Origin: Verrucomicrobiia bacterium
GTDB taxonomy: Bacteria; Verrucomicrobiota; Verrucomicrobiia; Limisphaerales; UBA11358
Reading direction: 5' to 3'
DNA length: 64,000 nucleotides
Assembly: GCA_031290985.1 (NCBI GenBank)
Contig: JARLJW010000085.1
Coordinates: 42,766-106,765, forward strand
Part shown: one piece after another, positions 45,919 through 53,689 of the stretch
How positions within the stretch are numbered: the stretch's first letter is position 1
Layout of the letters: each line of letters starts with the position of its first letter
Made by a program: the position numbers and the translations under genes
The notes under the pieces: model-generated
Seen by the model: only the letters and a program-made list of their open reading frames with translations
Databases searched by the model: none
Told to the model about the DNA's origin: nothing

Positions 45919-46797
45919 TTAGTCCAGCACGTCGCAACGCTTGAGCGTCGTGCGCAGGACATCCCAGTTCTTGGGATTCATGGGCACCAGCGGCAGGCGA
46001 TATTCCTCGTTGATCATCTTCATCATCGCGAGCGCAGCCTTCACCGGCGTCGGGTTGGTCTCGATGAACAAATCCTTGAACAGCGGGTAGAAACGCGCGT
46101 GCAACTGGTACGCCTTCTTGGCGTCGCCGCGGGCAAAATAATTCACCATCTGCGACACCTCCTTGGGAATCACGTTGGAAGCCACGCTGATGACGCCGTT
46201 GGCGCCGACGGACATGAACGGCAGCGTCAGCGAATCATCGCCGGACATGATTTCAAACTTGGATCCCAGCACGGCGCGCAACTGGCTCACGCGATCACAC
46301 GTGCCGCCTGCTTCCTTGATGCCGACGATATTTTTGCAGTCGTGCGCGAGGCGCTTGACCGTGTCCACGGCGATTTCCACGCCGCAACGGCCCGGGATGC
46401 TGTAAAGCACGATGGGCAGCGTCGTGGCCTTGGCGATGGCCTTGAAATGCTGGTACAACCCTTCCTGCGTGGGCTTGTTGTAGTAGGGCGCAACCTGCAG
46501 GGAACCGTCCGCGCCCGCCTTCTCCGCTTCCTGCGTGAGGTAGATGGCCTCGGTGGTGGAATTGCCGCCGGTGCCCGCGAGCACCTTGACCTTGTGCGCG
46601 GCAAACTTCACGGAGAGCGCGATGATCTTGATGTGCTCCTCGTAATTGACCGTGGGCGATTCGCCCGTGGTGCCGACCGGCACAATGCCGTCCACCCCGC
46701 CCTTGATTTGGAATTTGATGAGCCGTTCCAGCGCCGCTTCATCCAGTTGGCCGTTGGCGAACGGCGTCACAATCGCAGTATAGGTACCCGTGAACAT
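45919..46797 (-). CDS. dapA: 4-hydroxy-tetrahydrodipicolinate synthase
   Basis: GTYTAIVTPF, GTTGESPT, YNKPTQEG, GIKEA. Start moved to the ATG at 46797. Confidence 0.95.
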   Translation of the reverse strand: MFTGTYTAIVTPFANGQLDEAALERLIKFQIKGGVDGIVPVGTTGESPTVNYEEHIKIIALSVKFAAHKVKVLAGTGGNSTTEAIYLTQEAEKAGADGSLQVAPYYNKPTQEGLYQHFKAIAKATTLPIVLYSIPGRCGVEIAVDTVKRLAHDCKNIVGIKEAGGTCDRVSQLRAVLGSKFEIMSGDDSLTLPFMSVGANGVISVASNVIPKEVSQMVNYFARGDAKKAYQLHARFYPLFKDLFIETNPTPVKAALAMMKMINEEYRLPLVPMNPKNWDVLRTTLKRCDVLD

Positions 46798-47082
46798 AGC
46801 TTGATAAAAGTCAGTAAGACTACAGCAAAATCCGCGTTTGGCGAGAATGAAGTTTTGATCGGGGCCGAAATTTTTCCCGCCCGAACCGGAGCGCGACTGC
46901 GTCCCGCGCAGCGGGGTCAGTTGCAGCAGCGTGCAAAGACCAAACCGCATCCAAATTCGCCGGCCGCGCTGTGTCTCCAGCTTGCTGCGGCTGGTCTCCG
47001 ACACAGCCGCGCTCCGGGGACAGTGTCAGGATGCGCCCACCGGCAACGGGACCGCCCGGTTACGGGCTGGACAAGCCTGAAA

Positions 47083-47112
47083 CCACGATTTAACGTCGAA
47101 TCCAGCGAAAGT
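47083..47112. repeat. Direct repeat, left copy (ccacgatttaacgtcgaatccagcgaaagt)
   Basis: 28 of 30 positions identical to 47468-47497 (my count). Confidence 0.75.
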
Positions 47113-47164
47113 AATAAACAGCAAAACTGTCGCTCAATATATCTGCAAGGCCACACGACGCGTT

Positions 47165-47437
47165 ATGCAAATCAAGAAAGCCATAAGCGATTGGGCGAAC
47201 AAATGGTTTTTTGTCAAAGAGAAGAAGCCAGGACTTGTTATTGCGCTGGTTGCTGTTGCTGTCGGCCTTGCGGCTGGCATTACCGTTGATTTGTCTGGAA
47301 GATCAGATGATAACTTTTGGGCTCGCCAAGCAGCCAAGGGTCTGGGATTGATCGTCGGCTTGGTGATTAGCCTTACTTTGTGGTTGGCTATAAGTGGCGC
47401 ATACAATCTCTACAAGCGGTTTGCCAATAAAAAGTGA
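47165..47437 (+). CDS. Small two-TM membrane protein (90 aa), hypothetical
   Basis: Two hydrophobic helices with Lys-rich termini. The segment is visibly lower in GC than its flanks and is bounded by the 30-bp direct repeats. Confidence 0.55.
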   Translation: MQIKKAISDWANKWFFVKEKKPGLVIALVAVAVGLAAGITVDLSGRSDDNFWARQAAKGLGLIVGLVISLTLWLAISGAYNLYKRFANKK

Positions 47438-47467
47438 GGAAGGCTACGCGCCATGGAAAAGCTTGCG

Positions 47468-47497
47468 CCACAATTTAACGTCGAATCCAGTGAAAGT
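47468..47497. repeat. Direct repeat, right copy (ccacaatttaacgtcgaatccagtgaaagt)
   Basis: See 47083-47112. Lies 15 nt beyond the stop of the convergent SIS gene. Confidence 0.75.
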
Positions 47498-47511
47498 GGT
47501 CATGACACCTA

Positions 47512-49302
47512 TCAGTGCAGCGGGTTGTCTTTCAGCCGCCGTTCGGCTTCCGGGTTCGAGACATTTTCTTTCGCGCGCAACACCGCCATGCCGACCACCG
47601 GCGGGTACGCCTGGTCGCTCTTCATGCGCGGCTCGACATATTCGATGATCTCGAACAACAGCTCGTTCGCGCTCTCGTAATCCAGGTCCGTCAGCTTGGT
47701 GATGTAGCGCGTGGCGCGGTCGATCAACTTCAAGTTGCTCGGCACCACCCACACCATGTAATTGCCCAGCACGCGGCCGAGCCGGACCATTGTGCAGGTC
47801 GACAGCGCGTTCATCGCCAGCTTCACCATCAGGCGCGTCACGCCGTCCAGCAGGAAGATCGTCTCCGGCACCGGCACAAACACCGTGATGCTGCCGGGGA
47901 TGCGCTCCTCCAGTTGCCGGGCCGATTCCGCCGCGGCCTCATGGCCGAAATAAATCTGCGCCACCTTGGACTTGGTGCTGGCGGCTTTTTCCAACTGCTT
48001 CCAATGCACCTCCGGATCGTCCTTGCGCGAAATCACCGCCACGGCGGCATCGCCCACGCCCTGCGAACGGTAGCGCAGCCCGTTGACGCCGACCTTGAAC
48101 CGCATCAGCTCCGTCGAGCTGATCTTGGCGATCGTCTCCAGCGTGCGCTCCAGCTTGTCCGCGCTCACCATGGTCATCAGTTCGTCATGGTCCCACTCCA
48201 CGCAGCGCGGCTTACGCTTCAGGATGTTTTTCCAGGCGCTGTCCGTCCAGTCGTTCGGCACGAAGAGATAGGCCCAGGACTCCGTCGCGGTGGCGTCATC
48301 GAACTTGCGGAACGGCGGCGTGCAGAACGTCGGCGAACGCTCCGTCGTGTCCGTCAGCACGTCGATGCCAAAACGGTTTGCGTGATAATTGTTGTGGCAG
48401 CCGCTGCGGTAAACCTTTTCCTCCATGGCGACCAGCTTCGCGAGCTGCTCGCGCAAGGCCGGCGAACGCAGCGTGGCCAGCCCCTCTTGGAACGCGGCCA
48501 GGAACTGCGCCGGCACATCCTTCGCGCTCGTGCCGATCAGGTCGCGCGCGACGATCTCCAGCACCGTCAGCATCACGCACAACTGGATGGAAGTCGCCTG
48601 CATCCGCGTGGACCCGGTGATGGCCATGGGCCCGGTGGTGAGGTTGATCTTTTCGATGCGGCCGTCCTCGATCACTGCGCGGCTGCGCTCCACGTGTTCG
48701 CACAAAATCTCGTCGGGATTGTTGTACACGAAATAAACCTTCGCCCCCGCCTCGACCCCCTCCCACGCCGTGCCGATGACGAACGACGTCTCGCCGCCTT
48801 CGGTGATGGCGAACACCACATCCTTCGCCGACACATCCAGGTCCGCGATCTGCTTTTTGCCGAACGCGGTGAAATCCTCAAAGCCTTCCACCGACTTGAT
48901 GAGCGCGTAATCGCCGCCGGCCATCACGCTGAACGTGCGGTTCTCGTAGTCATCGTTCTTGTGCTGATGCCAGAAATCGCGCCAGACGGAATCCAGCAGG
49001 ATGCTCAGGCGTCCGGTCGAACCGCACCCGGTGAAAAAGACCTTTCCGCCCGCCTTGATCGCCGCCGTGACGGTCGCCGCGATTTTTTCCGCGCGACCCG
49101 ACGCGACAAACTCGCGGTACTTGTTCAGCACATCCTCATCCACCTGGAACAGCAGGTCCAGCGCGGCGGCGATGTCCTTGCGCGCCACGGCGCTCAGGTT
49201 GGCCGTGACCGGGTGGGACTGTTCAGTCACCAAGGCCCCCAGCTTGAACTGGCCGGCTATTTTCAGAAATTCATCGGAACGTTCCTTTGACGTATCGCTC
49301 AT
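47512..49302 (-). CDS. SIS-domain protein of the MurQ / glucokinase-regulator (GCKR) family, double length
   Basis: The N-terminal half is collinear with MurQ (TEQSHPVT, FFTGCGSTGRL, SVEGFED, ITGSTRMQATSIQ). An additional C-terminal half of about 300 aa matches the architecture of GCKR-like proteins. Confidence 0.88.
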   Translation of the reverse strand: MSDTSKERSDEFLKIAGQFKLGALVTEQSHPVTANLSAVARKDIAAALDLLFQVDEDVLNKYREFVASGRAEKIAATVTAAIKAGGKVFFTGCGSTGRLSILLDSVWRDFWHQHKNDDYENRTFSVMAGGDYALIKSVEGFEDFTAFGKKQIADLDVSAKDVVFAITEGGETSFVIGTAWEGVEAGAKVYFVYNNPDEILCEHVERSRAVIEDGRIEKINLTTGPMAITGSTRMQATSIQLCVMLTVLEIVARDLIGTSAKDVPAQFLAAFQEGLATLRSPALREQLAKLVAMEEKVYRSGCHNNYHANRFGIDVLTDTTERSPTFCTPPFRKFDDATATESWAYLFVPNDWTDSAWKNILKRKPRCVEWDHDELMTMVSADKLERTLETIAKISSTELMRFKVGVNGLRYRSQGVGDAAVAVISRKDDPEVHWKQLEKAASTKSKVAQIYFGHEAAAESARQLEERIPGSITVFVPVPETIFLLDGVTRLMVKLAMNALSTCTMVRLGRVLGNYMVWVVPSNLKLIDRATRYITKLTDLDYESANELLFEIIEYVEPRMKSDQAYPPVVGMAVLRAKENVSNPEAERRLKDNPLH

Positions 49303-49351
49303 AAACGTTGATTAAATGAAATTGCGGCGGCGGTGTCACGCGGATTGCAAC

Positions 49352-49372
49352 GGGATGCGGGATGCGGGATGC
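49352..49372. repeat. Tandem heptamer (GGGATGC)x3
   Basis: Read directly. A degenerate ggattgc sits 3 nt upstream. Located 50-70 bp upstream of the SIS gene start, in a divergent promoter region. Confidence 0.8.
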
Positions 49373-49440
49373 GCCGGGGCAATAATCGCGCCGCAAACCT
49401 GCCGCCTTCTGAAACTCGAAAAAAACTCCCTAATAAATGC

Positions 49441-49523
49441 AGAGACGCGGAGAACGCAAAGGTGACTGCGTCACGGCCAATATTAATTTTTCTCTGCGTT
49501 ACCCTGCGTTCTCCGCGCCTCTT
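49441..49523. repeat. Nested palindromic REP-like element
   Basis: Arms agagacgcggagaacgcaaagg / ccctgcgttctccgcgcctct, with an inner gtgac-tgc-gtcac palindrome. Confidence 0.6.
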
Positions 49524-49788
49524 GTTTCCCGGTCTGTCTGTCATTTTCCCATTGCCGCCCGCACCAAATCCCAACGCGTTCAAGCGCCAAAACCGCGACC
49601 AGCCCAATCCAATTCGGACGACTATTCGAATGTTGGGACGCTTTCGCCGGGTTTTTGCTTTCCTGAAGCAGGGTTTCGTCCGATACCATCCCATCATCCT
49701 CCCCGGGTTTGAGTTTTATTCGCAGGTGAAGTAAGGTCGCCATGACGGAAAGCAGACGTTTCATTCAAACTGGAAATTTACAGGTACC

Positions 49789-50799
49789 ATGAAAATTAAT
49801 CCCGAGGCGGCCGACGCCAAGCTTCAGCAAAAGCTGACGCAAGCGTTCAACCAGAGTCCAACCGCCATGTTTGTCACCGGTGCCGGGGGGAATATAGAGT
49901 TTGCCAATGAGGCATTTTGCCGCTCCCGGGGATGTTCGCCGGAAGAAATTTGCGACCGGCACTGCCAGGATTTTGGGATTCAACATCTGACCGGCGAGGA
50001 GGTTTCGGCCATGTGGCGCGAACTGGGCGCCGCCCACCCTTGGAAGACGGAGACAAGCTACGCGCAACCCGATGGCCGGGTTCGTTGGGAAGAAATCCGG
50101 CTTCAGGGCTTGATTGATGAGTCCGGCCAACTGACCGGTCTGGTGGGCAGCCTGACCGATATTACGCAGCGCAAACAAAACGATCTCGCATTGCGGGAAA
50201 GCGAAGAAAAGTTGCGCCGCATTCTGCAGGCCGCCCACGATGCCATCATCTTGGTGGACGAGGAAGGCAAAATCCGGCTCTGGAATCAGGCCGCCAGCCG
50301 CATTTACGGTTATTCCAATGAGGAAGCCATGGGCAAAGACATCCTGGAACTTTTGGCTCCGGCGCGCGACCTCGAAAAGGTGCGTGCCACTTTTCGTGAA
50401 AGCCTGGTCTCTGGTCAGGGCTCCGGGATAAACCAAACGACCGAGTGGACGATGCGACGGAAAGACGGGCAGGAGATCATGGTTGAACTGTCGCTTACCG
50501 CCGTCATGTTTGGCGACCAACGATTTTTCCTCGGAGTGGACCGGGACATAACGGAACGCAAAAAATCCGAAATGGAGCGGGAGCTGTTAATCAAATCACT
50601 CGAGGAAGCCCTGGCCAACGTAAAAACCCTTAGCGGGCTGGTGCCGATCTGCGCGGCCTGCAAGAGAATCCGTGACGACAAAGGCTACTGGAACCAAGTC
50701 GAAGCTTACATCTCCAGTCACTCGGAAGCCAGGTTTAGCCACGGCATCTGTCCCGAGTGCATTCACAAGCTTTACCCGGAAATCGAATCGGAGCTGTGA
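49789..50799 (+). CDS. PAS-PAS sensor protein with a C-terminal CxxC...CxxC module and no recognisable enzymatic output
   Basis: Two PAS S-box-like domains (the second contains ...ILVDEEGKIRLWNQAASRIYGYSNEEAMGKDI...), a coiled linker, then LVPICAACKRIRDDKGYWNQVEAYISSHSEARFSHGICPECIHKLYPE. Confidence 0.9.
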   Translation: MKINPEAADAKLQQKLTQAFNQSPTAMFVTGAGGNIEFANEAFCRSRGCSPEEICDRHCQDFGIQHLTGEEVSAMWRELGAAHPWKTETSYAQPDGRVRWEEIRLQGLIDESGQLTGLVGSLTDITQRKQNDLALRESEEKLRRILQAAHDAIILVDEEGKIRLWNQAASRIYGYSNEEAMGKDILELLAPARDLEKVRATFRESLVSGQGSGINQTTEWTMRRKDGQEIMVELSLTAVMFGDQRFFLGVDRDITERKKSEMERELLIKSLEEALANVKTLSGLVPICAACKRIRDDKGYWNQVEAYISSHSEARFSHGICPECIHKLYPEIESEL

Positions 50800-51002
50800 C
50801 TGCGGGTGGCGCGCCCGCTAATTTCAGGAACGCTCCAGCCCCAATTTCTTTATTCCCGCAATCAAGGCAGGCAAGGGCAATTGCCCACGGTTGACACAAC
50901 GCGGGAAGCTTCGGTTGGCTTAAAAAGTTTCGCGTCAATTAGTGCAATTCGTGTCAAAGGAAATCCGTGTTTGCAGTGCAGTGGTGGCAAAGGGGGAAAA
51001 TT

Positions 51003-51032
51003 AACCACGGATGGACACGGATTAACACTGAT
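51003..51032. repeat. Short interspersed repeat (same family as 9713-9742)
   Basis: aaccacggatggacacggattaacactgat. Confidence 0.55.
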
Positions 51033-51057
51033 TTTTAACCGCAAAGAACGCAGAGGG

Positions 51058-51603
51058 CGCAAAGGTTTTGACGCGAATTTCACGAATTAACGCGAAGGGC
51101 AACGGTTGAACAACAATGCAAATAAGGCATAAGGTTCAGACGAGGCGAGACCGGGTGGCGGAGTTATTTGCCGGTGGAGCGCGGCCTTCAGGCCGCTTCA
51201 ACGTACGAACATAAGACGGTACCCGCAAATTTCCATGCGCAGTGCATACGTGAGTTGAAGCGGCGTAAACGCCGCGCTCCGTAACGAAGCCGGCCAGGCC
51301 CGGTGCCCGTGGTGGCCACACCAAAGCGGACGCAAAGGTTTTGACGCGAATTTCACGAATTAACGCGAATGACAAGCGTTGAATAAAATACAACTACGAC
51401 ACAAAGGTTCAGACGAGGCGAGACCGGGTGGCGGAGTCATTTGCCGGTGGAGCGCGGCCTTCAGGCCGCTTCAGCGTTCGAACATAAGACGGCACCCGCA
51501 AATTTCCATGCGTTGCTGCACGCGTGAGTTGAAGCGGCGTAAACGCCGCGCCCCGTAACGAAGCCGGCCCGGTGCGCATGGTGGCCGTACGCAAGCACCT
51601 TGA
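51058..51603. repeat. Tandem duplication, 2 copies of a 273-bp unit with internal long-range inverted repeats
   Basis: The copies start at 51058 and 51331. The first 39 nt are identical (cgcaaaggttttgacgcgaatttcacgaattaacgcgaa). A diverged AT-rich stretch of about 35 nt follows. A block of about 165 nt, starting at 51131 and 51404, differs by roughly ten substitutions plus small indels. Confidence 0.85.
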
Positions 51604-51704
51604 CATCAATTCCAGCCGGGTATTTACTGCCCACACCAACGGAAAAACAAACGGCACAAAAAGCCCGGGGTTGATTCCTTTTGAATTGTGTTATCCTGTC
51701 ACCA

Positions 51705-52259
51705 ATGGAACTCAAGGACCAAGCAGAACCGATGACACTCGCCCGCAAGTTGGGCGAGGTTCCGCATTTGTCCGGGCTGTTGCGCCGCATCGCGCGAACC
51801 AGCGGTGCCGGCGGCCGGGTGGCTGAGTGGCTGATGAAAGTTGCCATCCAGCGCGGCGCCAGCCATTACCGGCGGGACTTCGATTCGTCGCTGCCGCCCG
51901 ATTCTCCGCTCATCAGCAGTGAAGAGATTGGCATTGCTCTTTGCCTGGGCGAATTGCCTTACTCGCTCGATCAACTTCGCGTCGCGTCGCAGCTTTTGAC
52001 TTCACCGCAAACGGACGCCGGTCAACTCTGCCGTCTGGCGATTCAGGAACGTTGCGAACCGGTATTGTGGCACATTGCCAAAACCGCCGAACGCTTCGCG
52101 CCGGAATTGGAACCGTGGGCTGCCATCCGGCGCAAACTGCCTTTGCGTCAAGTGCCGCGCACGGAGGCATTGCCGCACTGGACGCGATTGGTCAGCCATA
52201 CCGGCATCAGTTCTCGCGGCGGAGGGCCGCGCACGGACTGGTTGTGTCGCCATGAATAA
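51705..52259 (+). CDS. Hypothetical protein (184 aa)
   Basis: Coding-like ORF. Its stop overlaps by 8 nt (ATGAATAA) the start of a truncated nucleotidyltransferase-like ORF. No family recognised. Confidence 0.55.
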   Translation: MELKDQAEPMTLARKLGEVPHLSGLLRRIARTSGAGGRVAEWLMKVAIQRGASHYRRDFDSSLPPDSPLISSEEIGIALCLGELPYSLDQLRVASQLLTSPQTDAGQLCRLAIQERCEPVLWHIAKTAERFAPELEPWAAIRRKLPLRQVPRTEALPHWTRLVSHTGISSRGGGPRTDWLCRHE

Positions 52260-52383
52260 TCCGCAACGCATCCTGCAAACCCTCGATCGCCATTTGTCAC
52301 AGCCGGCAGAAATGACGCTCTTTGGCCGGGCGGCGCCGATCATCGGCCTTTGGCGAAGGAGCAGGTTCAAACGAACCCTGTGA
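52252..52383 (+). pseudogene. Truncated N-terminal fragment of a nucleotidyltransferase-like (DUF6036/AbiEii-like) gene
   Basis: MNNPQRILQTLDRHLSQPAEMTLFGRAA... resembles the N-terminus of small NTase-fold proteins (from memory). The ORF stops after 43 aa. Confidence 0.35.
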
Positions 52384-52644
52384 CTGAGCCGAAACGAAGC
52401 CAAAACCCAAAAAGACCGCCCTTATTTCTCCCCAACCGAACGGCTGCACTATTTCTGAAAATGCTCGAGGCGGCGGAAAAAAGTTAGAGCAAGCAAACAA
52501 ACGCCCGCGCAATCCGCAACTATCCGGCCTGAAAACTCTCTGATTCACTACCTCACAAACTGATCATACCCTTTTTCCAAAAAAATACCATGTAGCCGCT
52601 ACACCTATTTTGAAAATCCGGAGTGCGCCCACCACCGGCCGTTT

Positions 52645-52899
52645 TCATGACCCCTTACGGTGGCGACGATGACCCATCAGTAAAAAGACGACTCCAACAA
52701 TCCAACATGTTGCGATTCTGGCATAAAACGCAACATTGAAATGCCAGCCTCGAATGTGCGTCTCAACAATAGAAACTGTACCTACGAAAGCTCCCACAAC
52801 CAAGAAGCCTCCAGCAATAGACCAGAGGCCTCCGCCATATCGGAAAAAAGTCGCTGCCCACGTCAGCAAGCCGCCAATGATAAACAATACGGCAAACAC
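52645..52899 (-). CDS. Possible small multi-TM membrane protein (about 84 aa, GTG start)
   Basis: The hydrophobic C-terminal part of the 146-aa track ORF lies in a low-GC patch. The upstream part of that ORF is not coding-like. Confidence 0.3.
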   Translation of the reverse strand: MFAVLFIIGGLLTWAATFFRYGGGLWSIAGGFLVVGAFVGTVSIVETHIRGWHFNVAFYARIATCWIVGVVFLLMGHRRHRKGS

Positions 52900-53021
52900 A
52901 CAATCGGCAAACCCGCGAACGCCTGAGCGGCAATCCGGATGCCCTGCTGCCGCTGTGCCGGGCCGGCACGACCCGCGCGCAACTGGATGAAGTCCTGCAT
53001 CCCCCGGACGGCCCGCCCACG

Positions 53022-53689
53022 ATGGCGGAGGACCTGGTGACAGAGCTGGCCAAGCTGCTGGGGATTGATGAGTCCCGTGCCGCAATCGGATTCAACTATT
53101 TTGACGCGGAAGGCGAAGAGCTGCTGCCGGATGCCGCGCAGTTCCTGCCCGTGGGCAAAGGGGCTTTGCCCAAAGAAGCGCCGGCGGATCCGCCGGCCGA
53201 CGGCGCGCCAGCCGCATCCATCTTGGACCGGTTTTCATTGGAGTTTTCCCTGGCGGTCGGGATGCTGACCAAAGCTTGGGAGGGTGACACGCAAAAGATG
53301 GCGGAAGCGTTCGGCCAGCGCCTGCCCGGCGTGGACAGCCAGACCCTGCTCAAGAAGTTGCTGGCCGGGTTTGACAAAAGCGCGCGTGATTTTTTAAAGA
53401 AAGCGGAATTGCCGGATGGTCCAACTTTCGAAGAATTGAAGGCTGCGCGCGACGCGGGCCCGGAAGCTTTGGCCAAGCTGCTCATCAAGCGTACCCGTCG
53501 GAGCTGGGCAGCATCACCGACGGCGCCATCCAGACGAAGTTGGAGGCCTTCATCGCCGCCTTGCTGGCGAACGGGCTGGACCCAAATACCCCGAATCAAC
53601 ATGGCCAAAGCCTGCTGAGCGTGGCGGAGCGGCATGGCACGCCGGCGATTTGCGAGCTGTTCAAGGCGGCGTTGGCCAGGAGCGGTTAG
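53022..53689 (+). pseudogene. Hypothetical protein with an ankyrin-like C-terminus, frameshifted near 53490
   Basis: The frame of 53022 reads well up to ...EALAKLLIK. From 53492, frame +2 reads YPSELGSITDGAIQTKLEAFIAALLANGLDPNTPNQHGQSLLSVAERHGTPAICELFKAALARSG and stops at 53687-53689. Confidence 0.55.

Noticed and set aside
46798-47082. Lysine riboswitch or other leader RNA upstream of dapA
   Set aside because: I could not recognise L-box conserved cores. The region is occupied by GC-rich imperfect palindromes (for example gctgtgtctccagc...gctggtctccgacacagc) of the dispersed-repeat type. A covariance-model scan would settle it.
47083-47112. ctggattcgacg on the minus strand, resembling the 5' region of tmRNA
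   Set aside because: Only about 10 nt match. There is no GGGG acceptor start, no tag-peptide frame, no T-arm/CCA 3' end nearby, and the motif occurs twice as a direct repeat.
45487-47289. 600-aa ORF on the + strand
   Set aside because: It is antisense to dapB and dapA and runs on through a repeat-filled intergenic region. Shadow ORF.
47515-49290. 591-aa ORF on the + strand
   Set aside because: It mirrors the SIS-domain gene almost base for base, and only the minus-strand product has conserved MurQ-like blocks.
49483-49764. 93-aa minus-strand ORF in the SIS/PAS divergent intergenic region
   Set aside because: Its C-terminal third is a translation of the palindromic repeat element. There is no family resemblance, and it would leave no promoter space for the PAS gene.
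51058-51603. CRISPR array
   Set aside because: The period is 273 bp with only two units. The conserved part is far longer than a CRISPR repeat, and there are no short unique spacers or cas genes.
51136-51657. 85-aa and 82-aa minus-strand ORFs (...THGNLRVPSYVRTLKRPEGRAPP...)
   Set aside because: They are near-identical only because they translate the two tandem repeat copies. There are no start signals, and the palindromic DNA explains the sequence.
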